Of a DNA stretch of 64,000 nt, positions 51,750 through 60,623 are shown piece after piece. The stretch comes from Candidatus Enterousia sp. (GTDB lineage Bacteria > Pseudomonadota > Alphaproteobacteria > Rs-D84). Below the pieces are notes generated by a model. It did no database searches, had not been told where the DNA came from, and saw only the letters and a list, made by a program, of their open reading frames with translations. A program made the translations under genes and the position numbers. Within the stretch, counting starts at the first letter, position 1. Every line of letters starts with the position of its first letter. The stretch is taken from assembly GCA_045646605.1 (NCBI GenBank), contig JAZRLA010000004.1, forward strand, positions 14,251 through 78,250, in the 5' to 3' direction.

Positions 51750-54239
51750 TTATTCTTCGATCCTTTTCGGACATATATTCGGGTTTGTTTGAAATTCAGG
51801 TATATATTGAATAACTTTTGCACGACGTGGACGACATACATTTAAGTTCGTGTTGTATTTGCATGCCGTTTGAACAAGCATCGAACTTGGAACAAATATC
51901 ACCTTGGATGTATTGCATTCATCTACATTGGTGATTCTTTCGCATACATCAACCCATTCGTAACAGTTTGATATCATTGGTGCCGACGCATCAGGATCCG
52001 GTGTTGGATTTGGCGTCGTTAGACATACATCATTTTGTTGTGCCACAGATAGGTTCGCAATACATGCACTGCCCGACGGAACGCATGGATTGGTTATCTT
52101 GGTCATGCTGGACAAATTGCCAGATTGATAGTTGAACACGGCGTTTCTGCATTCTTTTTCGTCTGTGAACAACGCGCATGTCAACGACCAGTTGTCACAG
52201 TTCGTAACGACCGCGGTCGGTGCAATTGTTGACGGCAAGTTCAATGCCCATTTGACATAGAAGTCACGCAGACGGTCAATCGTATAGGATTTGCCCAATC
52301 CAACTTTGGCCAGTCCATCCGCCACGCGGCAATTGATGTTGTTCTTTTCAACGAATGCCGTGATTGCCGTTGCGGTTCCGCCGGTTGCCGCACCGATGCC
52401 CGCGCCAACCAATGTTGTTTTTAGACGATTGCTTTTTTCGACCGCAAGAATTTCAACAGAATTGAATACCTTGGTAAGTGCGTCAAGTTGTCTTTTGAAC
52501 TCGTCTTTGCCAACGCATTCGCCCGGACCTTTGCTGCAATATATGCCGGTGCCATCACGCCATTTTTGATTCAGGTTAACGAACCGACATTCATGCGTTT
52601 CGGTTGTGGTTGTTCCGGTTGGTGATGAATACCCAGAGCAATCTTGTGATGTATTGTTCCGAACCCAATTCTTGATTGCGTCATAGATGTCGTTTATGGA
52701 TTCGCCGTCACATGGGTTTTTCAGGTTCATACTATCGAATAACCCTTTGTCATTCGCCAAAATTTTGCACATACAAGGATCGTCATTGCAACCTTTGTCT
52801 GTTTGTTGTGCTATTATGCGTAACGCGGCATCACGATCTGCATATTTGTGGTTCGCACTTAGGCATTCGATTGTATATGTAAGTTTGCCATGAACATAAT
52901 TAACGTCCAATTTGGGTTCCGGCTTTGTTTCGGTTTTGGTGCCATCGCGACATGTGTTGACCGCTTCTTTACCCATTTGCCACATGTCATAAAGATCAAC
53001 AATTTCCCGGCATTGCCCCAGTGTCATTGTTTTTGCTGTGCTGGACAAATCCGAAGAAATATATTGATTGATTGCACCGATTTTTTGGTTGTCTTGCAAT
53101 TCTTTTAACAAAGTATTGCGCATGGATTCAATTGTGCAATCAAAGTTGCGATCGCCGTGGCCCGCCAATGCGCCAATCCCGGCCCCCAGCAATGTTCCGC
53201 CGGGGATGGCGGTTGCCGCAACCGTTTTTGTTGTTGGCATTAACGAGAATCCGAATAAATCTTTGTTGCATGTGAATGATGATCCGGTTGCCTGCCATAT
53301 TTCGGCCATAGAATCATCGCCAAGTGCACCGAACAGCCAACTGTTGGTAATTGGTGTGTCTTTGTTGTATGCCGCCACACGCAACAAGCATTGTGCGTTT
53401 TCCGCATCCCAACGTGCATAGTACCCACGTTTGCCGTCAACGGCACCGTTCGTATTTACCTCTGCCCCAAGTGGGTTCGCTTTACGCAGAGAGTCGTTTT
53501 GTGCACTGTTGTATGCGCCAACCCGACGATCGTATTCAGATGTCACGTTGTCGGTTGGCGAAACCGCATTAAACGATGCGCCGTATGTATTGCGGTCAAG
53601 TAACAAACATGTGTTTTCCGCCTGGGTCGGGGTAAGGCCTGTTTGACGCAGGACGAACGCATAATATTCGGGTTGAACTTTGCGTGCGTTAAAGTCAAGC
53701 CATACGTCGGAATTCGATGCGTATACAAATTGGCAATTGCGACGAACAGTTCGAACACAGTTTTCAACCTGGGTCAGGCAAAGCCCCATGCCATTCACGA
53801 TAGAATTACGTAAATCTTCATTAAATAGTGAATTTATGCCGTTTGGTAATGCCCCACCGTTTACACAACCCAAGATATCATTCATACAGCTATCAACTGT
53901 ATAAGATGAATTTTCAACGCCACCATCCGGGCAGGTTGTCTGTGGTGCCGGCGGGGCAGGTGGGTTAATTGGTGTATCCGGATCAGGATTCGGATTTGGA
54001 TTCGGATTAGGGTTAGGGTTAGGGTTCGGATCCGGATTTATTTGACTGTTGCTGACGGTCATATTGCCGACGCCACTTACCGGCAAAACCGGGATAGACG
54101 GCATACGTGCACTGGCCGTGCCACGTCCGCGACTTGCGGCGCCGCGTGATGGGTCCGTTGCGGCAAAAGCCACGGCGGTCATCGCGATAATTGATAAGCA
54201 TGTTACACTTTTTAATGCAGTTTTCAGCATGTTTCGCAT
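51750..54239 (-). CDS. Secreted Cys-rich protein with (NP)n linker and two glycine-zipper segments
   Basis: RBS aggagg; signal peptide; NPNP repeat; GGTLLGAGIGALAG and VGAGIGAATGG. Confidence 0.85.
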   Translation of the reverse strand: MRNMLKTALKSVTCLSIIAMTAVAFAATDPSRGAASRGRGTASARMPSIPVLPVSGVGNMTVSNSQINPDPNPNPNPNPNPNPNPDPDTPINPPAPPAPQTTCPDGGVENSSYTVDSCMNDILGCVNGGALPNGINSLFNEDLRNSIVNGMGLCLTQVENCVRTVRRNCQFVYASNSDVWLDFNARKVQPEYYAFVLRQTGLTPTQAENTCLLLDRNTYGASFNAVSPTDNVTSEYDRRVGAYNSAQNDSLRKANPLGAEVNTNGAVDGKRGYYARWDAENAQCLLRVAAYNKDTPITNSWLFGALGDDSMAEIWQATGSSFTCNKDLFGFSLMPTTKTVAATAIPGGTLLGAGIGALAGHGDRNFDCTIESMRNTLLKELQDNQKIGAINQYISSDLSSTAKTMTLGQCREIVDLYDMWQMGKEAVNTCRDGTKTETKPEPKLDVNYVHGKLTYTIECLSANHKYADRDAALRIIAQQTDKGCNDDPCMCKILANDKGLFDSMNLKNPCDGESINDIYDAIKNWVRNNTSQDCSGYSSPTGTTTTETHECRFVNLNQKWRDGTGIYCSKGPGECVGKDEFKRQLDALTKVFNSVEILAVEKSNRLKTTLVGAGIGAATGGTATAITAFVEKNNINCRVADGLAKVGLGKSYTIDRLRDFYVKWALNLPSTIAPTAVVTNCDNWSLTCALFTDEKECRNAVFNYQSGNLSSMTKITNPCVPSGSACIANLSVAQQNDVCLTTPNPTPDPDASAPMISNCYEWVDVCERITNVDECNTSKVIFVPSSMLVQTACKYNTNLNVCRPRRAKVIQYIPEFQTNPNICPKRIEE

Positions 54240-54330
54240 GAAAAACCCTCCTTTCTATCTTTTGTATTATACCATAGAAAAGGGCAATAAAAAAGTCTTT
54301 TTTAATTTTTTTCTTTAAATAATTGTTTTA

Positions 54331-54358
54331 TTGACAGAAAGCAAAATGTGTCTATAAT
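54331..54358 (+). promoter_or_regulatory. sigma70 promoter, near-leaderless transcript
   Basis: TTGACA-N16-TATAAT with the ATG 8 nt downstream and no RBS. Confidence 0.7.
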
Positions 54359-54366
54359 ATTAACAA

Positions 54367-55380
54367 ATGGCTGACAAAAAGAAATCTTTTGCAAATTTTT
54401 GGCGCGCGGTTGCGTGGACGGGGATTTATTTGTTTGTTATGTGGGCAATTTTGCGTGGGCTGTTTAATTTCAATATATTTTCTATGGCGCATTTGAATAA
54501 ACTTTTGCATTTGCAATTGCATGGTTTTGCGGGTGCGGTTTTTGGAATTTTAGTTTTGGCGGCGGTGCCACTTTATGTTGCCACCACTGTTTTAACGGTG
54601 CGAAATAAAGAAATGCCGGTAAAATTGCCATTGCCAAAATGTCTTACCGAAAAATTGCCGGAACCAAAGCCCGAACCGGTTATTCCGGTTGTGACGGAAA
54701 AAGAATCTTTGCCACCGTTGCGTTCGGGCGTACCGGCGGAAATGCGTGAAACTTTTATGCGGGCCCAAAAGAATTACGGTGCACGGCAAATGTCGGTGTT
54801 TAATCGTCAAATCGCACCGGTAAATTCTGGTGCGTCGGTGGGGCGGGCGGAACCGGTTGCGCCATTGGTTGCGGAACCGATAACCGAATCGGTTGGTATG
54901 ACAAAAACTGAAGGTTTGGCGTCGTATGGTGGCATGCCGATACCGACGGATTTTGATATGGATGCGCCGGCGGTTGCGGATACGGATGTACCTGTCTTTG
55001 CGGATATAAATTTTGATGATGATAACGCACCGGCGGATGAAAATCCGATTGAAAAAATGTTGAATTGGTTGCGTGGTGCGGGCATTGATGCGAAAATTGC
55101 GGACGATTTGATTGTTGCAAACGGATGCGCAATTGCGGTGCATGATGATAATGATTTTTGGGTACCGGATGAAATAGATTGGTTTGCGGCCGGAAAGCAA
55201 AAATCTTCGCCAATTGTGGCGTTGCATGCGGCGCAAAGTGAACAAAAATTGAGGCCGATTTTGTATTTGGCAACGGACAGTATTATGGATTTGGATAAAA
55301 AATCCGCCGAATGGATTGCGGACGGAATAATGATTGTGACGGATAAAGATGATTTGTTAAATGTTTTGCGTGCGGAATAA
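54367..55380 (+). CDS. Hypothetical membrane protein (two N-terminal TM helices)
   Basis: 337-aa ORF; hydrophobic N-terminus, Pro/acidic linker, globular C-terminus. Confidence 0.75.
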   Translation: MADKKKSFANFWRAVAWTGIYLFVMWAILRGLFNFNIFSMAHLNKLLHLQLHGFAGAVFGILVLAAVPLYVATTVLTVRNKEMPVKLPLPKCLTEKLPEPKPEPVIPVVTEKESLPPLRSGVPAEMRETFMRAQKNYGARQMSVFNRQIAPVNSGASVGRAEPVAPLVAEPITESVGMTKTEGLASYGGMPIPTDFDMDAPAVADTDVPVFADINFDDDNAPADENPIEKMLNWLRGAGIDAKIADDLIVANGCAIAVHDDNDFWVPDEIDWFAAGKQKSSPIVALHAAQSEQKLRPILYLATDSIMDLDKKSAEWIADGIMIVTDKDDLLNVLRAE

Positions 55381-55381
55381 A

Positions 55382-56254
55382 TTAACGGGTACGGCGCATA
55401 GTCAGCATGAATGCGTTTTGTTGATTGTGTAATTTTGTTTCACCCCAACCGCATTCGCGTGCCGCCGCATCGATTTGTTCGGACACATTTGTTTGCACCC
55501 AAGAAGTATAGAGCATGATTTCCCCACCGTTTTTAATAAACGGGTAAAGGTTGTTTAAAACACCGGTGATTTTTTTGCGATTTTGGAAATATTCAAAAAT
55601 ATTTGAAAGATAAATTATGTCGTATTCCTTGGTTAGTTGCGTATGTAAATCTTGCAAATCAGACCAAATAAAATTGATTGGGCCGTGAATAATTTTTTTT
55701 GCGGTGTTATATTCGTTGTCATTTGGCATATATTCGTTTCGAATACCGGTGCCTTGCTTAAATATATGGTAACCGCGCATTTGCCGTGCGGCAACGATAC
55801 TTTGTTTGGGACATATATTTTTGATTTTGTCATATCCCGGAATTTCAACCACGGATGTAGTGTTGTGTAATTCGCGAATAAAACGGTCATATTGTTCGTG
55901 ATTCATCGTTTGAATTGCGGATGTTTTCATGTCCATAATAACCTTGGCAAAAAAAGTTGTGTCGAAAGTATCGATGTCATGTGCACCGGAAATTGCAAAG
56001 GCGATGGGTTGGTCGCCACTGCCCGTGACACAAAGTACCGATTTGTTCACCGGGTTTAATTCGCACATGGCGAATCGCCAATCTTCGTTTGTGGTTGGAT
56101 ATGCGGGCGAATATTTGCCAAAATTGGTTAATGCGCATTCGGCATTGCCAAGTTTGGTGCCATGGTTTGCACGGGCGATTTTGCGCCACATTGGAATATA
56201 GTTTCCGGTTTTTACGTCATAGTAGTCTTTTGCGAATTGTGGATAAAAATGCAT
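55382..56254 (-). CDS. SAM-binding Rossmann protein, DUF3419/BtaA-like
   Basis: Y.TTNE, VLCVTGSGDQ, IDTFD, YDIIYLSNIFEY; ATG at 56254 after RBS aagggg. Confidence 0.7.
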   Translation of the reverse strand: MHFYPQFAKDYYDVKTGNYIPMWRKIARANHGTKLGNAECALTNFGKYSPAYPTTNEDWRFAMCELNPVNKSVLCVTGSGDQPIAFAISGAHDIDTFDTTFFAKVIMDMKTSAIQTMNHEQYDRFIRELHNTTSVVEIPGYDKIKNICPKQSIVAARQMRGYHIFKQGTGIRNEYMPNDNEYNTAKKIIHGPINFIWSDLQDLHTQLTKEYDIIYLSNIFEYFQNRKKITGVLNNLYPFIKNGGEIMLYTSWVQTNVSEQIDAAARECGWGETKLHNQQNAFMLTMRRTR

Positions 56255-56339
56255 GTTTTGGCCCCCTTTGCGCGCCAAGGGCGAACTATAGAATTTTATT
56301 TTACCGTTGTCAAATGGAAGTGTGGGTGTGTTGATGCAC

Positions 56340-56561
56340 AATTAAAACGGGACACTTAAAATTCCAGAGTCGCGTCACACCGCCGAAGGGCGGTGCCTAG
56401 TTTTTGCAAATGCAAAAACTTGCCCCGCAGGGGATTTGTCGTCGCTATGCGACGACAAACTGTCTGCGACGCAGGGCTTCGGCGTTGCTCAGCCTGGATC
56501 CTGCGCACCATCACCCAAGCAAAACTTTGTTTTGCGCGGGGCGCGTTACCGCGGTATGACG
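56340..56561. repeat. Multi-hairpin REPIN/MITE-like element, copy 3 (core inverted)
   Basis: cttgccccgcagggg and tgtctgcgacgcag are reverse complements of the core in copies 1 and 2. Confidence 0.8.
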
Positions 56562-56598
56562 TTGGTTGCGCTGGGCAGATTTGAATGTTGGGTTCTGA

Positions 56599-59064
56599 TT
56601 AGATTCGCTGTGTTGTTGTGGTGCATTTCGGTTGCCATGTGCCAGATGTCAGGTATGTGTCACATTGCACTGATTGTGATTGGTTTTGCGCCACTGTTTC
56701 GCCACTCCATTGGCAACCGTACATACCGTCACGCCATGATGAAGATGCCCACAGTATTCTGTGTTTGCTGTTACCAAATTGAATAATTTCCTTTTTGGTT
56801 GCAAAGCTTTTACAGAAATCTTTTAGGTCTGGATCACAGGTGTTTTCGCAACTTGGGTTTGATATCGGCAATTTTTTATGAAATAAATCCACACTAAATG
56901 TTTTCTTTATGTCCGCGCAAACTTGTTGGCATGTTTTTGTGCCAGAACCGCCACTTTGTTGTGTGTCGTTGGGTTTCATTGACATCCTGTGCCCAGATGA
57001 ATATGCTCCATCTTCTTCATTGTATTCGAAGTCTTCGGACTGGCCATAGTCATTACCTTTTTTATCGTACATGTATACGGTTCGTTCCGAATAATTGTTG
57101 CTGTGGGAACTGCCAGAGCCGCTGGTGGTGCCGGAATTTCCTTTGGGCGTTGGATATACTTGTCCTGTTATTTTACTTTCGTACTTGCATTCAATAAGAT
57201 TGTTGCCGTCACGTTCCGCATGCGCATTGGTTATTTGATGGTATTTAAAGTCGTCAACTGAATTTTTAAAGTCCTCTGATGTTGTGTATTTGGTATCGTC
57301 TACTAATGTTTTGCAAACGGTGTCTGCTTTTGTAACACAATCTTTTGCGCATTGCGGGTTTGAGAAAGCCACGGACGCTGTGAAATTATAAAGCTTAGCA
57401 TCTTTTATTCTTAATATATCATCTTTAAGTTCTCGTAATGCATTGTCGCAAGCTTTATCACAATCGATATTAGGATTTGCGGGATTTCTACCCCCCCCGG
57501 TTGATGAAGTTTCAGTTGGGGTGCCTTCTTTTCTCTCGCAAAGGTCACCGTTATATTGGCATTTTGGATCATCGTTGCACTCTTTTGGCTTGTTGTTGTA
57601 TTTCATACAATATCGTGTTTGTTCAATTCTGTCTGCGATTGGGGTTTCGTCTTGTTGCCCGGTTTGCGTTTGTTGCGGATTACCGTTTTGTTCGCCGTTC
57701 GCGCCGCTGGTCGTTTCCTTGATACATTTTTCGCCGTCCCATTTGCCATTCATTTTTGGGCAATTTTCTTTTGCGTTGGTCATGTCGCACTTGTTACCCT
57801 TGTTAAATCCGGCACTGACCCATTCGCCACCGTCGTTTATACATGCCTCTTTGGCCTGTTTTTCGGCATTTTGTGTATCGATTGCACGGCCGATTGCGCC
57901 GGATGATACCAATCCCGCCGCCGTGCCGACGCCCGCGCCCATTGCCGCCGCGGATGCGGATGTTTGCGACCGGGTAAGTCGTTGGGCATTTTCAATATAT
58001 GTTGTGATATCGACGCCAAACCAATCCGGTGTGCATTGGAATGTGTCGCCGGAATAAAGTTTTTTTGATGCCATCAATGTATGATCTTCGCCCGCAAAGA
58101 AATTCACGGTGTAAACGCAATCAAGCGTCCGTTCGTCAAACATTGCGCCGAAACGCGTGCATTGGGTGCGCATTAAATCGCGCAGTTCGTAAAGGCGTTT
58201 TTCATCCTTTTGCGCGTCCGCCGCGGCGATTTTGCGATTGTCCGCCATCACGTCCATTATGCGCGCGGCCAGGCCGCTGTCTTGTTCCCGACATTCGTCG
58301 GCGATTGATTTGCATTTTGCAACTGCGCCATCACCCGCGGATTTTGATAGGCATTTTTCCAATGATTTGCCACAGATATTAAACATGCAATCGTTATACC
58401 GGTTGCCACAATTTACGACGGAATTGTAATACGAAAGTTCTGTTGCCGCGTTTCTGTCCGCCAATATTTCCGGTGCAAGCAGGCTGTATTCATGGCCGGT
58501 GCACTTTGTATTGCGGCGGCAAGAATCCATTTTGTTGCCCCATGCGGTCGTGGAATCGGATGCGCATTTTGTGAAATCGTTGCCGCACTTTTCCGTCATG
58601 CATTTACGCAATGCCGCATCGCATGCGTTCGCCGTTGTTATGCCGGAACCGCCCGTGGTGGTTGCGTCCGTGTTTGACTTGGCATCTAACAGTGCGCGTT
58701 GGCGACGAATTGTTTCGGCCAATGCGCTGTTGGATGAATCCGTTGCGGATGCGCCTATTTCCGATAACACGTCACTAAATATTGATGTTTTGTTATCGAC
58801 GATTATGACCGGTTCCAAAATTGGGTCGGGTTCCGCCACAGGGGTCGTGTCAACGGGTTCCGGTTCCGCCGTTATTGTTGTTGCGGTTTCTGTGACGGTG
58901 GTGGGCATGCGTATCGTGGTCGATGGCGCGCGATTTTGTGCGCGATTTGCCGCCGCCGTATTCGCCGGGGTTTGACGTGCGGTCACCGCCGCATTTGAAA
59001 TACCCGTTCCCGCGATAATCGCGAAAATTGAACAAGTGCAAAAGATTTTCAAATTTATCTTCAT
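56599..59064 (-). CDS. Secreted Cys-rich protein with a glycine-zipper segment
   Basis: Signal peptide; CMTEKCGNDFTKC modules; AAAMGAGVGTAAGLVSSG; Cys-rich C-terminal half. Confidence 0.85.
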   Translation of the reverse strand: MKINLKIFCTCSIFAIIAGTGISNAAVTARQTPANTAAANRAQNRAPSTTIRMPTTVTETATTITAEPEPVDTTPVAEPDPILEPVIIVDNKTSIFSDVLSEIGASATDSSNSALAETIRRQRALLDAKSNTDATTTGGSGITTANACDAALRKCMTEKCGNDFTKCASDSTTAWGNKMDSCRRNTKCTGHEYSLLAPEILADRNAATELSYYNSVVNCGNRYNDCMFNICGKSLEKCLSKSAGDGAVAKCKSIADECREQDSGLAARIMDVMADNRKIAAADAQKDEKRLYELRDLMRTQCTRFGAMFDERTLDCVYTVNFFAGEDHTLMASKKLYSGDTFQCTPDWFGVDITTYIENAQRLTRSQTSASAAAMGAGVGTAAGLVSSGAIGRAIDTQNAEKQAKEACINDGGEWVSAGFNKGNKCDMTNAKENCPKMNGKWDGEKCIKETTSGANGEQNGNPQQTQTGQQDETPIADRIEQTRYCMKYNNKPKECNDDPKCQYNGDLCERKEGTPTETSSTGGGRNPANPNIDCDKACDNALRELKDDILRIKDAKLYNFTASVAFSNPQCAKDCVTKADTVCKTLVDDTKYTTSEDFKNSVDDFKYHQITNAHAERDGNNLIECKYESKITGQVYPTPKGNSGTTSGSGSSHSNNYSERTVYMYDKKGNDYGQSEDFEYNEEDGAYSSGHRMSMKPNDTQQSGGSGTKTCQQVCADIKKTFSVDLFHKKLPISNPSCENTCDPDLKDFCKSFATKKEIIQFGNSKHRILWASSSWRDGMYGCQWSGETVAQNQSQSVQCDTYLTSGTWQPKCTTTTQRI

Positions 59065-59065
59065 T

Positions 59066-59935
59066 TTACTTTAATACCGTGCATGCCGTTTTATAGAACT
59101 GACACAATTTTTCCGCCATGGCCCGTTCGGTTTTGTTGTTGTCGCATTTGTTCGGCATATTGTTGTTGCATGTTGCGGTTACGCATGTTTCAAATGTTTT
59201 GCCGGTTTTGCAATTTGATTTTGCGCCGGCAATCTTGGATTCACGCGTGCTTTGATAATTTTTGACCAATGCTTCTAATACACCTTCGCGACGGGCATAA
59301 GTGTTTTTGCGGTCGTTCGTGAATGTTGTTCGGATTTCGGCCAAATAATCATCACAACCGGTTGCGTCCGCCGCGCATTCCGCAATAGATCGTGTGAATA
59401 TCGCATCGTCTTCGCAATTTTCAAATGCCGTGCCGCACTTTTTGTTCATGCATGTTGTGAATGCCGTGTTGCAAGATGTTTTTGTTGGCTTTTTGTTTAA
59501 GCTTTCTATTGCACTTGCGGTTTGCATGCTGACGCCCGCGGCCTTGCACGATTGTTCAATTAATTTGTCATATACGTCTGATACGTCGTCGGTTGTGCAA
59601 TCAGGTAACTTTTTGATACATTCGGTTGTGGCCCAGATGTAACGCCGACCCGGATCCGATGGCGCAACGCGTAATTCTTTATCGCTAAGCACATACTTTG
59701 TTGATTGGCCGGCGGTTATTGTTGAAAGTCCCTTTTGCGATGGTGGGTTGCCGGCGGCGGATGTGCCACAATACTGACACCGGGCGGATGGATTCATGCC
59801 AATATTTATCGCGCATGCGGAATCAAGGCACCGTTGCATGTTCGTTTTTTGGCACTTTGACACCGCGGCCGACGCACAAAAAACCGGCGCAACCGCGCAA
59901 ATTATTGCGATAAAGAATATGCTGTGGCGTTTCAT
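59066..59935 (-). CDS. Secreted Cys-rich protein
   Basis: Signal peptide; CLDSAC..ARCQYC; CMNKKCGTAFENC. Confidence 0.85.
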   Translation of the reverse strand: MKRHSIFFIAIICAVAPVFCASAAVSKCQKTNMQRCLDSACAINIGMNPSARCQYCGTSAAGNPPSQKGLSTITAGQSTKYVLSDKELRVAPSDPGRRYIWATTECIKKLPDCTTDDVSDVYDKLIEQSCKAAGVSMQTASAIESLNKKPTKTSCNTAFTTCMNKKCGTAFENCEDDAIFTRSIAECAADATGCDDYLAEIRTTFTNDRKNTYARREGVLEALVKNYQSTRESKIAGAKSNCKTGKTFETCVTATCNNNMPNKCDNNKTERAMAEKLCQFYKTACTVLK

Positions 59936-60005
59936 CTCTCTGCCTATCGATTTGCATTATATCAGAAAATAGTCGCGGGCGCAAAAAGTTTTTTTGACAA
60001 AGCCC

Positions 60006-60033
60006 TTGACAAGGAAAAAATTTTGTCTATAAT
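60006..60033 (+). promoter_or_regulatory. sigma70 promoter
   Basis: TTGACA-N16-TATAAT. Confidence 0.7.
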
Positions 60034-60063
60034 AACCACGAACAAATAAAAAAGGAGTCAGAT

Positions 60064-60513
60064 ATGAAACTGAAATATAAGTTGGCGTTGCTTAGTGTGA
60101 CGTTTGGTGTTATGGGATGTAACAGTAAGAACTGTTGTGATTGCGGTAAACAAAAAAGTGACCCGAAACCCGTTGAGAAATGCGTTGAAGGTGACAATGT
60201 TCATATTGAAAACGGTTGCGGCACTGTTATCTATAACAAAAATGGTAGTGTGGTTTATATGGATGGTAATGGCAATCTTTATAATGGAAATGGCGAGTTG
60301 ATTTATACCGATGGTAATGGTAACAATGTTTCTTCGCGTAATAGCGGAACCGAAAATTGGAATCGTGGGCAAAAACCATACCAGAAAAAAGTTGTTAAAA
60401 AGGTAGAGGATAAAAAGCAAGAAGAACAGAAGCAAGAAGAACAGAAACCAGAAGAACCGAAAAAGTATACGGGGACTTTGGTACTTGATGTGTATCATCA
60501 GAATTGCAGATAA
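60064..60513 (+). CDS. Hypothetical lipoprotein
   Basis: RBS aaggag; lipobox-like VMGC; Asn/Gly beta-turn repeats; KQEEQ repeats. Confidence 0.75.
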   Translation: MKLKYKLALLSVTFGVMGCNSKNCCDCGKQKSDPKPVEKCVEGDNVHIENGCGTVIYNKNGSVVYMDGNGNLYNGNGELIYTDGNGNNVSSRNSGTENWNRGQKPYQKKVVKKVEDKKQEEQKQEEQKPEEPKKYTGTLVLDVYHQNCR

Positions 60514-60534
60514 TTATTGATTAGGTTCAAAGTA

Positions 60535-60567
60535 AAAAAATCGGGGCGGGTTGCCCCGATTTTTTTT
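60535..60567. terminator. Bidirectional intrinsic terminator
   Basis: aaaaaatcggggc-gggtt-gccccgatttttttt. Confidence 0.75.
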
Positions 60568-60623
60568 CCACTGGACACCAATGTCATTTTCTGATAAAAT
60601 GGCATGTGATACAGAGAGAATTT

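Noticed and set aside
54007..54024. (TTAGGG)3 vertebrate telomere repeat
   Set aside because: It is the antisense of AAC-CCT codons in the (Asn-Pro)n linker.
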